Assembly: GCA_026391735.1 (NCBI GenBank)
Contig: JAPLDL010000022.1
Location: forward strand, 262,825 to 326,824
Length of the DNA: 64,000 bases
Source of the DNA: Bacteroidota bacterium
GTDB lineage: Bacteria > Bacteroidota > Bacteroidia > Bacteroidales > FEN-979
Reading direction: 5' to 3'
Made by a program: the position numbers and the translations under genes. The notes below the pieces were generated by a model. The model was not told where the DNA came from. It saw only the letters and a program-made list of their open reading frames with translations, and searched no databases. Position 1 is the stretch's first letter. Every line of letters begins with the position of its first letter. Positions 47,544 to 57,994 of the stretch are shown here, one piece after another.

Positions 47544-50500
47544 ATGCAGGATAAATCGGGAATAATAAACAATCCACGCCAAATGATCAACCAGGGTTTT
47601 TACAGCAGATACACCAAGCCAACGATATTCGTTCTTATGGTGTTGCTTATACTTGGTGGGTTTGCTTACAGTAAAATGGAAACTTTGCTGTTCCCTGATG
47701 TCGTTTTCCCAAAGATCAGGATCATTGCCGATAATGGCGAACAACCTATCGATAAAATGCTGATCACCGTAACTCGACCGCTTGAAATTGCTGTCAAAAG
47801 AGTTAACGGGATAGAAACGGTAAGAAGTTCCACCAACAGAGGAAGCTGCACTATTGAAGCGTATTTTAAATGGAATACCGACATCAATGTGGCGAGAACG
47901 CAGCTTGAGGCCAGGATCAATGAGATCAAGAACATTTTGCCCTCAACAGCTAACCTGGTGATCGAAGCCATGAGCCAGAATATTTACCCGGTGATAGGTT
48001 ATACTCTTGAAAGTGACAAATACGGGCAGGTTGAGATGAAGAATGTAGCGATGTTCTTTGCAAAACCGCGTTTCTCGGAAGTGCAGGGAATTTCCAATGT
48101 ATTTGTGAGGGGAGGGAAGACCAAGGAATTCGTAATCAAGCCCGATCCAATGAAGATGGTTCAGCTTGCAGTAAATCCTCAAACCCTGATCGATGTCATG
48201 GGGAAAACCAACTTCATTGAATCGAACGGCTTGCTGTCAGACTACCGCCGTTTATACCTTTCTGTTACCGACAGCCGGATCAATACCCTGGATGACCTGA
48301 AAAATCTGGTAATCCGCAACGACGGCAACAGGATCATCCGACTGGGGGACCTCGCCCGGGTTGAATTCATGGAGCAGCAGGAATTCATCCGTATCAATGC
48401 CAACGGACGTGAAGCGGTTATCCTTGATATTGTCAAACAAAAAGGGACCAACCTTCTGGATTTCGTAAAAGATATCCAGGTAAAGGCAAGGGAGATCCAG
48501 CAGCAGCTTCCGCCGGGTATGGTATTAAAGACCTACTACAACCAGAGTGTTTTCGTAACGGATTCAATAAACAGTGTCCTCCGGGCAATTTACGAGGGTC
48601 TGATCCTGGCGTTGCTGGTAGTAATCTTGTTCCTTCGATCTTTCAGGGCCAGCCTGAATGTGATCATCATCATTCCCGTTACGCTTACCCTTACATTGAC
48701 AGTCCTTTACCTGAGCGGCATTACGCTGAACATTATGTCGCTTGGAGCCATTGCGGCTTCAATAGGTCTCATCATCGATGATGCCATTGTCGTGATTGAG
48801 CAGATCCACCGGGTTCACGAAGAGAACCCCGATAAAGACAATCAGACCGTGGTACGCGATACGATACGCATGCTTTTCCCGGCAATGGTAGGCTCTTCAT
48901 TAAGCACCATCGTCATTTTCTTTCCTTTTGTGATGATGAGCGGGGTGGCAGGTAGTTTTTTCAGAGAGCTGACCGCAACCATGGAAATCACGCTCGTATG
49001 CAGTTTTTTCACAACCTGGCTGGGATTGCCTGCTTTACACCTTGCTTTGGGATTTAAACACCGGAAAAAAACAACAGCAGAGCCACAAGGTAAATCGGCT
49101 GGTAATAAATCCTTAGGATGGCTTATCTGGTTTTTCGACAAGCCGGCTTTTGCCCTTGGTTTTATTGTGCTTCTTGCCGCAAGCGCTGTTTTGCTCATCC
49201 CAAGGCTGAACACGGGTTTCCTGCCCATTCTGGACGAGGGGACCATTGTATTTGATTATCTGACACCACCCGGAACAGCCCTGGATGCTTCCGATGCCAT
49301 GATGCGACGTGTAGATACACTTATTTTGCACCATAAGGATGTTGCCACTTATATGAGGCGTACCGGAACGAACATGAGTTCAAGCATCAGTATGGCCAGC
49401 GGGGTGATCCCTCCGAATGAAGGTGATTACCTGATCCAGCTGAAACCCGGGATCAACCGTAAGACTGAAGATGTCATTACAGAGCTCAGGCAAAGAGTTT
49501 CGGCACAGGAGCCGGCGCTTACAATAGAGTTCGGACAACGAATTGCCGATCTTCTGGGCGACCTCATCGGCCGTCCGGAACCTATTGAGATCAAGATCTT
49601 CGGCGACGACAGGGCGAATCTCGAATCCCTTGCTGTTCGAACCCAGGAGTTACTCTCAAACGTAAAGGGAGTTGCCGATCTTAAAAACGGTATTGTCGTT
49701 GAAGGGCCATCTATCAGTCTGATACCCGATGAAGCCAGGCTGGCTCAATTTCACCTGAGCGCCGCCGATCTGCAAACACAGCTACAAGCCAATAATGAAG
49801 GGGTGAGAGTAGGGGAAGTCCAGAACGGTGAACAGATGCTGAAAATACTGCTGCGGTTTACCGATTTCAGAGAGAATTTCCTTGACCGTATCATGGATCA
49901 GCCTGTATTTTCTCCCGACGGCTCCTACAGGCCGCTGGCCTATTTTGCCCGGGCTGAATTGTCTAAAGGAACACCCGACATCACCAGGGAAGATCTTAAA
50001 TCGAATATAGTGGTTACTGCAAGGCTTGAGAAGCGTGACCTGGGATCAGCAGTTAAGGAAATTAAAACCATCCTGGAAACAAAACTCATCATGCCTCCGG
50101 GTTATTATATCGTATATGGCGGCACCTATGCTCAGCAGCAGGCATCTTTCAATGAATTGCTGATGATCCTGCTGACTGCCATCGTTCTGGTATTTTCAGT
50201 ACTTCTTTTCCTGTTCAGGGACCTTCGTATTCCCCTGCTGGTGATCTTCATTTCGGTGCTGGGTACGGCAGGTTGCGTTATAGCCTTATATATTACCGGC
50301 ATCCAGCTGAATGTCGGGAGCTACACAGGGATCATCATGATCGTAGGGATCATTGCCGAAAATGCCATATTCACGGTAAACCAGTTTATGTCGACAATGC
50401 AAACCACCGCCGGGGATGTGGACGCTTCCATAAGGTATGCAATATCTCTCCGCATCAGGCCAAAGCTGATGACAGCCATAGGTGCTATTCTTGCGTTAAC

Positions 50501-50660
50501 CCCACTGGCACTGGGTATAGGCGTTGGGGCACAAATGCAACAACCTCTTGCCATAGCAGTGATAGGCGGGTTTATTGTAGCAATGCCCTTGCTGCTGTTC
50601 GTATTCCCAACCCTTATTCGATGGGTCTATTTCAGGCAGGGAAAAGTCAGCCAGGTATAA
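47544..50660 (+). CDS. RND efflux permease (AcrB/CzcA family)
   Basis: 1038 aa, a 12-TM architecture with two large periplasmic loops, and GLIIDDAIVVIE-type TM4 motifs. The start may be at the internal ATG 47583. Confidence 0.9.
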   Translation: MQDKSGIINNPRQMINQGFYSRYTKPTIFVLMVLLILGGFAYSKMETLLFPDVVFPKIRIIADNGEQPIDKMLITVTRPLEIAVKRVNGIETVRSSTNRGSCTIEAYFKWNTDINVARTQLEARINEIKNILPSTANLVIEAMSQNIYPVIGYTLESDKYGQVEMKNVAMFFAKPRFSEVQGISNVFVRGGKTKEFVIKPDPMKMVQLAVNPQTLIDVMGKTNFIESNGLLSDYRRLYLSVTDSRINTLDDLKNLVIRNDGNRIIRLGDLARVEFMEQQEFIRINANGREAVILDIVKQKGTNLLDFVKDIQVKAREIQQQLPPGMVLKTYYNQSVFVTDSINSVLRAIYEGLILALLVVILFLRSFRASLNVIIIIPVTLTLTLTVLYLSGITLNIMSLGAIAASIGLIIDDAIVVIEQIHRVHEENPDKDNQTVVRDTIRMLFPAMVGSSLSTIVIFFPFVMMSGVAGSFFRELTATMEITLVCSFFTTWLGLPALHLALGFKHRKKTTAEPQGKSAGNKSLGWLIWFFDKPAFALGFIVLLAASAVLLIPRLNTGFLPILDEGTIVFDYLTPPGTALDASDAMMRRVDTLILHHKDVATYMRRTGTNMSSSISMASGVIPPNEGDYLIQLKPGINRKTEDVITELRQRVSAQEPALTIEFGQRIADLLGDLIGRPEPIEIKIFGDDRANLESLAVRTQELLSNVKGVADLKNGIVVEGPSISLIPDEARLAQFHLSAADLQTQLQANNEGVRVGEVQNGEQMLKILLRFTDFRENFLDRIMDQPVFSPDGSYRPLAYFARAELSKGTPDITREDLKSNIVVTARLEKRDLGSAVKEIKTILETKLIMPPGYYIVYGGTYAQQQASFNELLMILLTAIVLVFSVLLFLFRDLRIPLLVIFISVLGTAGCVIALYITGIQLNVGSYTGIIMIVGIIAENAIFTVNQFMSTMQTTAGDVDASIRYAISLRIRPKLMTAIGAILALTPLALGIGVGAQMQQPLAIAVIGGFIVAMPLLLFVFPTLIRWVYFRQGKVSQV

Positions 50661-50673
50661 ATTAAATTATCAG

Positions 50674-51093
50674 CTATTCCAGGATTTTTATATCCCAGGT
50701 GACTGGCATGGCCTTTTTCAGGGTTGCCGAAACACCGCAGTACTTATCCTGCGAAAGACTGACTGCTTTCTGCAGTTTTTCCAATGGGAGGTCGGTCCCC
50801 CTGAATTCAAATGTAATATGAATACTGGTATATTGCTTTGGGTGGTCCTCACTCACTACACCTTCAACCACCATATTGAAATAATCCGGAACGACCTGCA
50901 TTTTATTCAGTATGGGAATAATATCCATTCCGGTGCATCCTCCTGCCGCGAGAAGCATCAAGGGTTTCGGCCTGGATCCAAGGTTATGCCCTCCCACATG
51001 CTCGTCGGCATCCATGATGATCTCATGACCCCCGCTCGTTCCTTTAAAGGCCATTCCCTTTTGCCATTCAACAGCTACTTTGTGCACCGACAT
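50674..51093 (-). CDS. OsmC-family peroxiredoxin-like protein
   Basis: 139 aa with OsmC-family length and layout and two Cys (LAAGGCTGMD and QDKYCGVSATL). Confidence 0.8.
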   Translation of the reverse strand: MSVHKVAVEWQKGMAFKGTSGGHEIIMDADEHVGGHNLGSRPKPLMLLAAGGCTGMDIIPILNKMQVVPDYFNMVVEGVVSEDHPKQYTSIHITFEFRGTDLPLEKLQKAVSLSQDKYCGVSATLKKAMPVTWDIKILE

Positions 51094-51095
51094 GT

Positions 51096-51299
51096 CTATT
51101 CCTTTTTCCTTGTGCTGATCTTAAACGGAATATATAAAGGGCAAAACTGGAAAAGGCTGGTGAGGACAAAAACAACGGCCAGAACTAATAAAATTATGCC
51201 TAATACCTGAGGAACTGCTTTTGTAAAAAACAATACTGCAAATAGGATTGCAACCAGTATCCTGATCACCACATCAATGGTTCCCATGTTCTTTTTCAT
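51096..51299 (-). CDS. DUF2892 (YgaP-like) small membrane protein
   Basis: 67 aa: G.IDVVIRILVAILF...LTSLFQFCPLY, typical of DUF2892. Confidence 0.7.
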   Translation of the reverse strand: MKKNMGTIDVVIRILVAILFAVLFFTKAVPQVLGIILLVLAVVFVLTSLFQFCPLYIPFKISTRKKE

Positions 51300-51352
51300 G
51301 ACGTTTCGGTTTTAAATGTTAATATTTATGAATGCAAATATAAATATATTTG

Positions 51353-51376
51353 GTGATAATTAAGCGATTTAAAAAT
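51353..51376 (-). promoter_or_regulatory. Conserved upstream motif, copy 1 (minus strand ATTTTTAAATCGCTTAATTATCAC)
   Basis: Identical at 23 of 24 nt to 60111-60134. It lies 54-77 nt upstream of the DUF2892-OsmC operon start. A TATATTTG -7-like box lies at 51335-51342 on the minus strand. Confidence 0.5.
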
Positions 51377-51386
51377 TTGTAGCCTG

Positions 51387-53501
51387 TTAATGAGAATAAA
51401 TCAAAGAAGCCTGGCGGTAGCCGCTGGAATTCATATACCAGTCGGGATATGAAACTCCGGCGCTCTCGGCCCAGTCATTAAATTTAAGGTAAGCTGCGTT
51501 GACAGCGGTTCTTTCAATAGGATAACTGAATTTGCCACTGATATTTAAAGCCCATGGGAGGTTGTTCGACGTCTTATAATAACGACTCTGAGCCGGAATA
51601 CTATTGTCATCGGCCGTCCCGAAATCAGAACCGTTGACTTTGTCGGTTGGTGGCTGGTCAGGAAGGTGGACTTCCCGGTTACGGTTTCCGTTTGCAATAA
51701 TAAAGGCGTTAAACGGCGGCGTTCCTGCCTGGCTTAAACTTAGCGTTGAGGACAAGGAGATAACCAGGTTCAGAGTATCCGGAGTAACATAAGGAGCCCC
51801 TAATGTCGTGTTGGTGCCCAGGCTGCTACCCGACATAGGCAGGTGATCGAATGCATCGTCAAAAGCCACGACCACAGCTTTAGATTGACCCGACTCTGTA
51901 TTATTCGCAGATAATGTAATATATCCGTGATGTAAACTTAACCCTGTAATATTCGATATTTTATCGGGTGTGTATGGCAGCTGGAATGCAAACCCGTTAT
52001 GATAATTAGCTCCCGAAGCTTCCGGGATGAGTTTGGCATCAACTTCGACGACCTGATTCTGTGCATTGGTGATCTGGTTAAACCGGTAGGAAACTACAAC
52101 ATCATTAAAATCATAATCGCCTTTACCGGGCCATAGGTCTTCAAAAGCAAGAGAACTGTAGCCTGTTTTGGAAGGGGTGAAATTGTTGAAAGCCTTGGTA
52201 GGATCATTGGGATAATCATCAGAAACATCCGGCACCCCGTCATGATCTGAGTCAACAACGGTTGTGGCAAGAAGGGGCATGTTCGTTGTGTTGATCCCCT
52301 GGATTGAAGGGGTGATTGTCAGGTAAAACACATTATCGTTACAATCCAGATCCGATCCCTGGTATTTACCCTGATCCTCGAGGGTAAACAGTATTTGCTG
52401 ACGTGAAGGATCCTTGAATAAAAGAAGGTGCTTGAGCATGAGGGGATCGGTTGTATTGAATGAAGGGATCGAATACCAGATATCGCTGGTGGGACCAACA
52501 TATACGGAGGTACCATTCCAGCCATGGGGGACAGAGGCAAAACCGATAGATTTCCCTGCAGGGAATTTGCCCAGATATATCTTATTGCCAGGATTCAGTC
52601 CGCCCCCGCTTCCCGAATTGCTCACGTTGGGGAAGATGAAGTGAATAGTATCGATAGCTGCTGCTGAAGCAGGAGGTTGATTTGTATTGAAAGTAAAATA
52701 TCCGAGGGCGTCCATCCATCCGGCTCCTTCAGTAATATAGGTAATGTAGACATCACTCACACTCAGGATGTCAATATTGTTCGGGACATTGCTGGCGAAC
52801 CAATCAGGATGGGCAGCGACTTCATTTTTATATTCAGGGAGAGCCGTGTTGATATCATGCATCAGGACCTGGTCCACCGGATCGTTTACCGGCATAAGGT
52901 TGCCAGGTACACCCTGTGAATCACGGGTGCTCATATAAACCCATTTAACTGCATTGGGGCTTTTGATTTCACCTCCGTCATTGAGGGATTTGGTTGGTGC
53001 AGGCTGAGGAGGCTTGCCCCCGAATTGCCCGCTTACCGCATTAGAAATGATCGGTAAATCTTTCTGGCGTATCAGACCAAGGAAATTATTAAATACAGTA
53101 ACCCGGGTCATAGCTGTCGGCAAGGATGCGATGGAATTCCACATCCCGTCAGAACCTGTGATACCACTAACAAGATATATACCTCCGGAATCAGGGTTGG
53201 CGGTATATAATGTAAACCTGACCCCTTCGATAGGGTTATCAAGGTTATCTTTTGCAGAAATAGACACAGTTACATTTCTCGCAGTCGCCCAGTCGAAAGT
53301 TGGTGATACATTCAACTGATCGATGGATTTTCCCGATACGGTCCCGGTGTTCGAGTCCTGTTTACGACATCCTGATAATACCAGAGCGACAGCCAGAATT
53401 ACAATTGCGATTGAAACCGGTTGTAATTTTTTATGTGAAAAGGAAAAAAGTTTCATGGTTTGTTTTTTAACAAAGGTAAGCCCGGGAATACCTGATAGCA
53501 A
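51387..53501 (-). CDS. LruC-domain lipoprotein
   Basis: Lipoprotein signal (LVLSGCRK), a thrombospondin-type Asp-rich repeat DSDHDGVPDVSDDYPNDP, and GDYDFNDVVV, the hallmark of the LruC domain. The true start is probably MKLFSF at 53456. Confidence 0.8.
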   Translation of the reverse strand: MLSGIPGLTFVKKQTMKLFSFSHKKLQPVSIAIVILAVALVLSGCRKQDSNTGTVSGKSIDQLNVSPTFDWATARNVTVSISAKDNLDNPIEGVRFTLYTANPDSGGIYLVSGITGSDGMWNSIASLPTAMTRVTVFNNFLGLIRQKDLPIISNAVSGQFGGKPPQPAPTKSLNDGGEIKSPNAVKWVYMSTRDSQGVPGNLMPVNDPVDQVLMHDINTALPEYKNEVAAHPDWFASNVPNNIDILSVSDVYITYITEGAGWMDALGYFTFNTNQPPASAAAIDTIHFIFPNVSNSGSGGGLNPGNKIYLGKFPAGKSIGFASVPHGWNGTSVYVGPTSDIWYSIPSFNTTDPLMLKHLLLFKDPSRQQILFTLEDQGKYQGSDLDCNDNVFYLTITPSIQGINTTNMPLLATTVVDSDHDGVPDVSDDYPNDPTKAFNNFTPSKTGYSSLAFEDLWPGKGDYDFNDVVVSYRFNQITNAQNQVVEVDAKLIPEASGANYHNGFAFQLPYTPDKISNITGLSLHHGYITLSANNTESGQSKAVVVAFDDAFDHLPMSGSSLGTNTTLGAPYVTPDTLNLVISLSSTLSLSQAGTPPFNAFIIANGNRNREVHLPDQPPTDKVNGSDFGTADDNSIPAQSRYYKTSNNLPWALNISGKFSYPIERTAVNAAYLKFNDWAESAGVSYPDWYMNSSGYRQASLIYSH

Positions 53502-53605
53502 GCTATAATTTGTTTTCGTAGATATAATATAAGTAAAGGTTGAATAATCACGCGATTCAGACTCTTCTGGTTATTGATTTATTTTTTTAAAGAAGAAAAT
53601 TTGAA

Positions 53606-56452
53606 TTGATGGAAATATATTTATTTATGTATATTTACATTCTAAAGTCCCAAAATTGTCAGGTATCAGTTTTCTTAAAGATGGTTCCAGGCAAACTTAA
53701 AGAAACCAGCACGAAAAGCGAACTTATCGCTGCACTCCGGGAGGAGGAGAATGCACATATGCTGGCCCTGCAAAAGTTAAATGAAAGCGAGCAAAGGTTC
53801 TTGTCGATTTTTAAGAATACCGATATCGGATATTTTTTTATTGATAAGGAAGGGATAATCAGGGAAGTCAATCCAACCTGGATCAGGCTTTACAAGTATG
53901 ATTCAGCAGATGAGATCATAGGGCATCACTTTGCGGAAATCCAGAAGCTCGACGACATTGAATTAGCCAGTCAGGTTGTTGCCGGCATTATGCAGGGCGA
54001 TCATCAATATATGAGCGGTGAGTTCAGCAGGCGCTGTATGGATAACAGCATCGGGTATCATTCCTTTTCAGCCCGTCCGGTAAATCGTGGTCAAGAAGTC
54101 ATAGGTATAGAAGGGTTTATCGTAGATACGACCCTGACAAGGCTGCATGAGGAAAATTTCAAAATCCTTTTCAACACCATGTCTCAAGGTGTGGTTTTTC
54201 AGGATGCGGAAGGAAAGATCATTACGGCGAACCCTGCGGCCCAGGAGCTGCTTGGGTTAAGCCTTGATCAGATGCAGGGCCGGTCATCGGCCGACCCAAG
54301 ATGGAGATCCATTCATGAAGATGGCAGTGCATACCCGGGTTCAGAGCATCCTGCCATGATTGCCTTGCAGAGCGGAAAAAAAATCACGAATGTTATCATG
54401 GGAGTATATAATCCGCAGTTACAGACCCATAAATGGCTGCTGATTAACGCAATCCCTCAATTCAGAAGTGAAGAAAATACAGCCAACGGAGTATTTACAA
54501 CTTTTACTGATTTTACAGAAGTAAAATTAGCTGATGAGTCTCTGAGAACCAGCGAAAATAAGCTGATGAACTTATACTCCAATATGAGCGAAGGGGTTGG
54601 ATTACATAAGCTTATATACGGGGAGCAAGGCGAAGCGCTGAATTACAGGATTGAAGGAATCAATCCAAGTTTTGAAAAAATTCTGGGTTTAAAGGAAGAG
54701 GATATTCTCAATAAACTTGCGACAGAGGTATATGGTGTACCTGATCCTCCTTTCCTGATGGAGTATATCGAGGTGGTGAAATCGGGAAAACCAGCTTCTT
54801 TTGAAGTTTATTTTCCCCCTATGGAGAAGCATTTCTCTATTTCTGTGTCGCCATGGGACAACGGTGGATTTGCCACAATTTTTACCGATATCACAGCCAG
54901 AAAGCAGATCGAGTTGAAATTACTGGAGAGCGATACTAAGTTCAGGTCTCTGGCCGAAAATTCTCCTTATGCGATCCTCATCTACCAGAATGACCTTTGG
55001 ATTTATAGTAATCCTGCCGGTGAAAAGATCAGCGGATTTACAGCGGAAGAAATATACAGTCAGAAATTCTGGGAGATCGTGGCACCTGAATACATGGAAA
55101 CTGTAAGGAATATTGGGAGAAGAAGACAGACAGGTGAAAAAGTTACTTCATCCTATGAATTCAGGATCATCACTAAAACCGGTAAGTCAAAGTGGGTATT
55201 TCTTACAGGCAATACAATCACTTTCTCCGGAAGACCTGCAGGTATAATTTCCATTGTGGATATCACTGATCGCAAGCAGATGGAAATTGACCTGAAAATT
55301 GCAGTTGAAAGGGCCCAGGAGTCGGATCGTCTGAAATCAACCTTCCTTGCCAATATGAGCCACGAGATCAGGACCCCCATGAATGCTATCCTGGGATTTT
55401 CTGAATTGATTGGCCAGCCCGATACAAACCATGAGGAACTGGAGAGGTTTGGGGGAATTATAAGGAATGCAGGTAAGCGATTGTTACATATTATTGATGA
55501 CATCATTGACCTTTCGAAACTCGAAGCAAAACAGATAGAAATTGTTAGCGGGCCATGTGATGTATACCATATGCTCACAGCGACTGTGGACTCTTTCAGG
55601 AACATGGATATCCTGAAGAGAAAGAAAGAACTCCAGCTTGTTACTGATATTAAGGATTGCCTCCCTGGTGAGGAAATCACCACCGACCCGATAAGACTTC
55701 AACAGGTGGTAGATAACCTGATCACCAATGCAATTAAATATACGGCTCAGGGAACCATTACTGTTGGGGTTAACAAGATCAGCCTGAGAGGGAAGGGTTT
55801 TCTTGAGTTTTTTGTCAGAGATACAGGGAAAGGCATTCCGGAGGAAAAGCTTCCTATTATTTTTGAGAGGTTCCGACAGGTAGAAGAAAATGAGTATCAC
55901 GAGGGAGCCGGACTGGGGCTGAGCATCTGCAAGTCTTTTATTGAACTGCTGGGTGGCGAAATCCAGGTAGAGTCTGAGGAAGGAAAAGGTAGCCGGTTCA
56001 GTTTTATAATACCTGTTGGTGCGGTTAAAAGCCATGAGCCTTCTGCAGGTTCTGAGACCGGGAAAAAATCATTTGATCTCAGCGGGAGAACAATCATTAT
56101 TGCCGAAGATGAGGATGATTCTTTTAGTTACCTGGAGCAGTTACTGAAAGAAACCAAGGCAAAACTGCTTCGTTCAGTTAATGGCAGGCACCTGATGGAG
56201 ATGTTGGATAAGAATCTGCCTGACTTGCTGATTTTGGATATCAATATGCCCGGGAAGACCGGGTATGAATGTTTAAAGGAAATCCGTGAAAATGGATATC
56301 CCCTGAAAGTCATTGTACAGACTGCTTATGCCATGGCCGATGAAAGGAAGCGTTGTTTTGAAGCAGGTTGCGACAGCTACCTGGCCAAGCCCTTCAATAA
56401 AAAAGCATTATTTGACAGCCTTGCTGAAATATTTAATAATATAGATTTATGA
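53606..56452 (+). CDS. PAS-rich hybrid sensor histidine kinase with a C-terminal receiver
   Basis: Several PAS/PAC-like repeats, H-box SHEIRTPMNAI, G boxes (DTGKGI, GAGLGL) and a receiver (LLILDINMPGKTG). The probable start is ATG 53681 (MVPGKL). Confidence 0.88.
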   Translation: MMEIYLFMYIYILKSQNCQVSVFLKMVPGKLKETSTKSELIAALREEENAHMLALQKLNESEQRFLSIFKNTDIGYFFIDKEGIIREVNPTWIRLYKYDSADEIIGHHFAEIQKLDDIELASQVVAGIMQGDHQYMSGEFSRRCMDNSIGYHSFSARPVNRGQEVIGIEGFIVDTTLTRLHEENFKILFNTMSQGVVFQDAEGKIITANPAAQELLGLSLDQMQGRSSADPRWRSIHEDGSAYPGSEHPAMIALQSGKKITNVIMGVYNPQLQTHKWLLINAIPQFRSEENTANGVFTTFTDFTEVKLADESLRTSENKLMNLYSNMSEGVGLHKLIYGEQGEALNYRIEGINPSFEKILGLKEEDILNKLATEVYGVPDPPFLMEYIEVVKSGKPASFEVYFPPMEKHFSISVSPWDNGGFATIFTDITARKQIELKLLESDTKFRSLAENSPYAILIYQNDLWIYSNPAGEKISGFTAEEIYSQKFWEIVAPEYMETVRNIGRRRQTGEKVTSSYEFRIITKTGKSKWVFLTGNTITFSGRPAGIISIVDITDRKQMEIDLKIAVERAQESDRLKSTFLANMSHEIRTPMNAILGFSELIGQPDTNHEELERFGGIIRNAGKRLLHIIDDIIDLSKLEAKQIEIVSGPCDVYHMLTATVDSFRNMDILKRKKELQLVTDIKDCLPGEEITTDPIRLQQVVDNLITNAIKYTAQGTITVGVNKISLRGKGFLEFFVRDTGKGIPEEKLPIIFERFRQVEENEYHEGAGLGLSICKSFIELLGGEIQVESEEGKGSRFSFIIPVGAVKSHEPSAGSETGKKSFDLSGRTIIIAEDEDDSFSYLEQLLKETKAKLLRSVNGRHLMEMLDKNLPDLLILDINMPGKTGYECLKEIRENGYPLKVIVQTAYAMADERKRCFEAGCDSYLAKPFNKKALFDSLAEIFNNIDL

Positions 56453-57987
56453 ATCATATTGATTTTTCTCTGGTTGACTGGTCAAGAGCCCAGTTTGCTC
56501 TGACTGCTTGTTATCACTGGATTTTTGTTCCCCTTACTCTCGGGTTATCATTCATTATCGCCTTTATGGAGACGATTTATGTAAAGACCGGGGATGAAGA
56601 ATGGAAGCGTCTGACAAAATTCTGGATGACCCTATTCGGGATTAATTTTGCGATTGGAATTGCAACTGGTTTGATACTTGAATTTGAATTCGGAACAAAC
56701 TGGTCGAACTATTCCTGGTTTGTAGGGGATATTTTTGGCGCCCCTTTGGCCATAGAAGGCATCATGGCTTTTTTCATGGAAACCACATTCATTGCCGTGA
56801 TGTTTTTCGGCTGGAACAAGGTGGGCAAGAAATTTCATCTGCTCTCTACCTGGCTTGTTGCCATTGGCAGCAACCTGAGCGCCTTATGGATTCTTGTTGC
56901 CAACGGCTGGATGCAGTTACCCGAAGGTATGAAATTCAACCCTGATACGGCAAGGAATGAGATGGTGGACTTCTGGAAAGTGCTTTTCTCACCTGTTGCC
57001 ATCAATAAATTCCTTCACACGGTATCTGCGGGGTATGTTCTTGCTGCAATTTTTGTCATTGGCGTCAGTTCCTGGTTCCTGCTGAAAAATCGCGATGTTC
57101 TTTATGCCAAGCGAAGCATTATTGTGGCTGCGTGCTTCGGTTTGCTGGCCTCGGTTTTTGTTATGTTCACAGGGGACGGATCGGCACGAGCCGTTGCCCA
57201 TCACCAGCCGATGAAATTCGCAGCGATGGAAAATTTATATATGGGTCAGCAGAATGCTCCTTTGGCGGCTTTTGGCATCCTTAAAGCAGATCCAACTGCA
57301 CCCGGCCATAAAAAAATGGATTTCAAATACCTGGTTGAGATCCCGGATGTATTGTCGTACATGGCTTTCCTTAATCCGAATGCTTATGTGCCTGGCATTT
57401 ATGACCTTGTTCACGGGAACCCGGCTCATGGAATACCCTCTTATAATGAACGGATCGCCAAAGGTGAGACAGCTATCAATTCGCTGGCTGCCTATAAAAG
57501 GGCCAGGCTTGCCGGGAATGACAGCCTCGCAAAAGTTTCATTAGCCACCTTCGAAGCAAACTACAATAATTTCGGATATGGATATTATGCAAACCGGGAT
57601 GTACACGAACTAATCCCGAGCATCCCCACCAGTTTTTATTCATTCCGCATTATGGTCTTCCTTGGACTGCATTTTTTTGCGCTGTTGCTTGTCGTTTTGA
57701 TTTTAACGGTCCGTAACAGAATTGAATCCAAGAAAATAATCCTGTATACCGCCTTATGGACAATCCCGTTAGCTTATATTGCTTCCATGCTCGGCTGGAT
57801 TGTAGCCGAGGTAGGACGTCAGCCCTGGGTCATACAGGATATTCTGCCTACCATTGCAGCCGTATCGCAGCTGAAAGCTTCTTCGGTCCAGCTGACTTTC
57901 TGGCTGTTCGCTGTTTTCTTCACGGCCTTGCTGATTGCCGAGATCGGTATTATGCTGAAACAGATTAAAAAGGGTTTCACAGTTTAA
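56449..57987 (+). CDS. cydA: Cytochrome bd ubiquinol oxidase subunit I
   Basis: The N-terminus LVDWSRAQFALTACYHWIFVPLTLGL, W..NGWMQ.P.G and a long Q-loop. ATGA overlap with the kinase gene. Confidence 0.92.
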   Translation: MNHIDFSLVDWSRAQFALTACYHWIFVPLTLGLSFIIAFMETIYVKTGDEEWKRLTKFWMTLFGINFAIGIATGLILEFEFGTNWSNYSWFVGDIFGAPLAIEGIMAFFMETTFIAVMFFGWNKVGKKFHLLSTWLVAIGSNLSALWILVANGWMQLPEGMKFNPDTARNEMVDFWKVLFSPVAINKFLHTVSAGYVLAAIFVIGVSSWFLLKNRDVLYAKRSIIVAACFGLLASVFVMFTGDGSARAVAHHQPMKFAAMENLYMGQQNAPLAAFGILKADPTAPGHKKMDFKYLVEIPDVLSYMAFLNPNAYVPGIYDLVHGNPAHGIPSYNERIAKGETAINSLAAYKRARLAGNDSLAKVSLATFEANYNNFGYGYYANRDVHELIPSIPTSFYSFRIMVFLGLHFFALLLVVLILTVRNRIESKKIILYTALWTIPLAYIASMLGWIVAEVGRQPWVIQDILPTIAAVSQLKASSVQLTFWLFAVFFTALLIAEIGIMLKQIKKGFTV

Positions 57988-57994
57988 TTTTTTT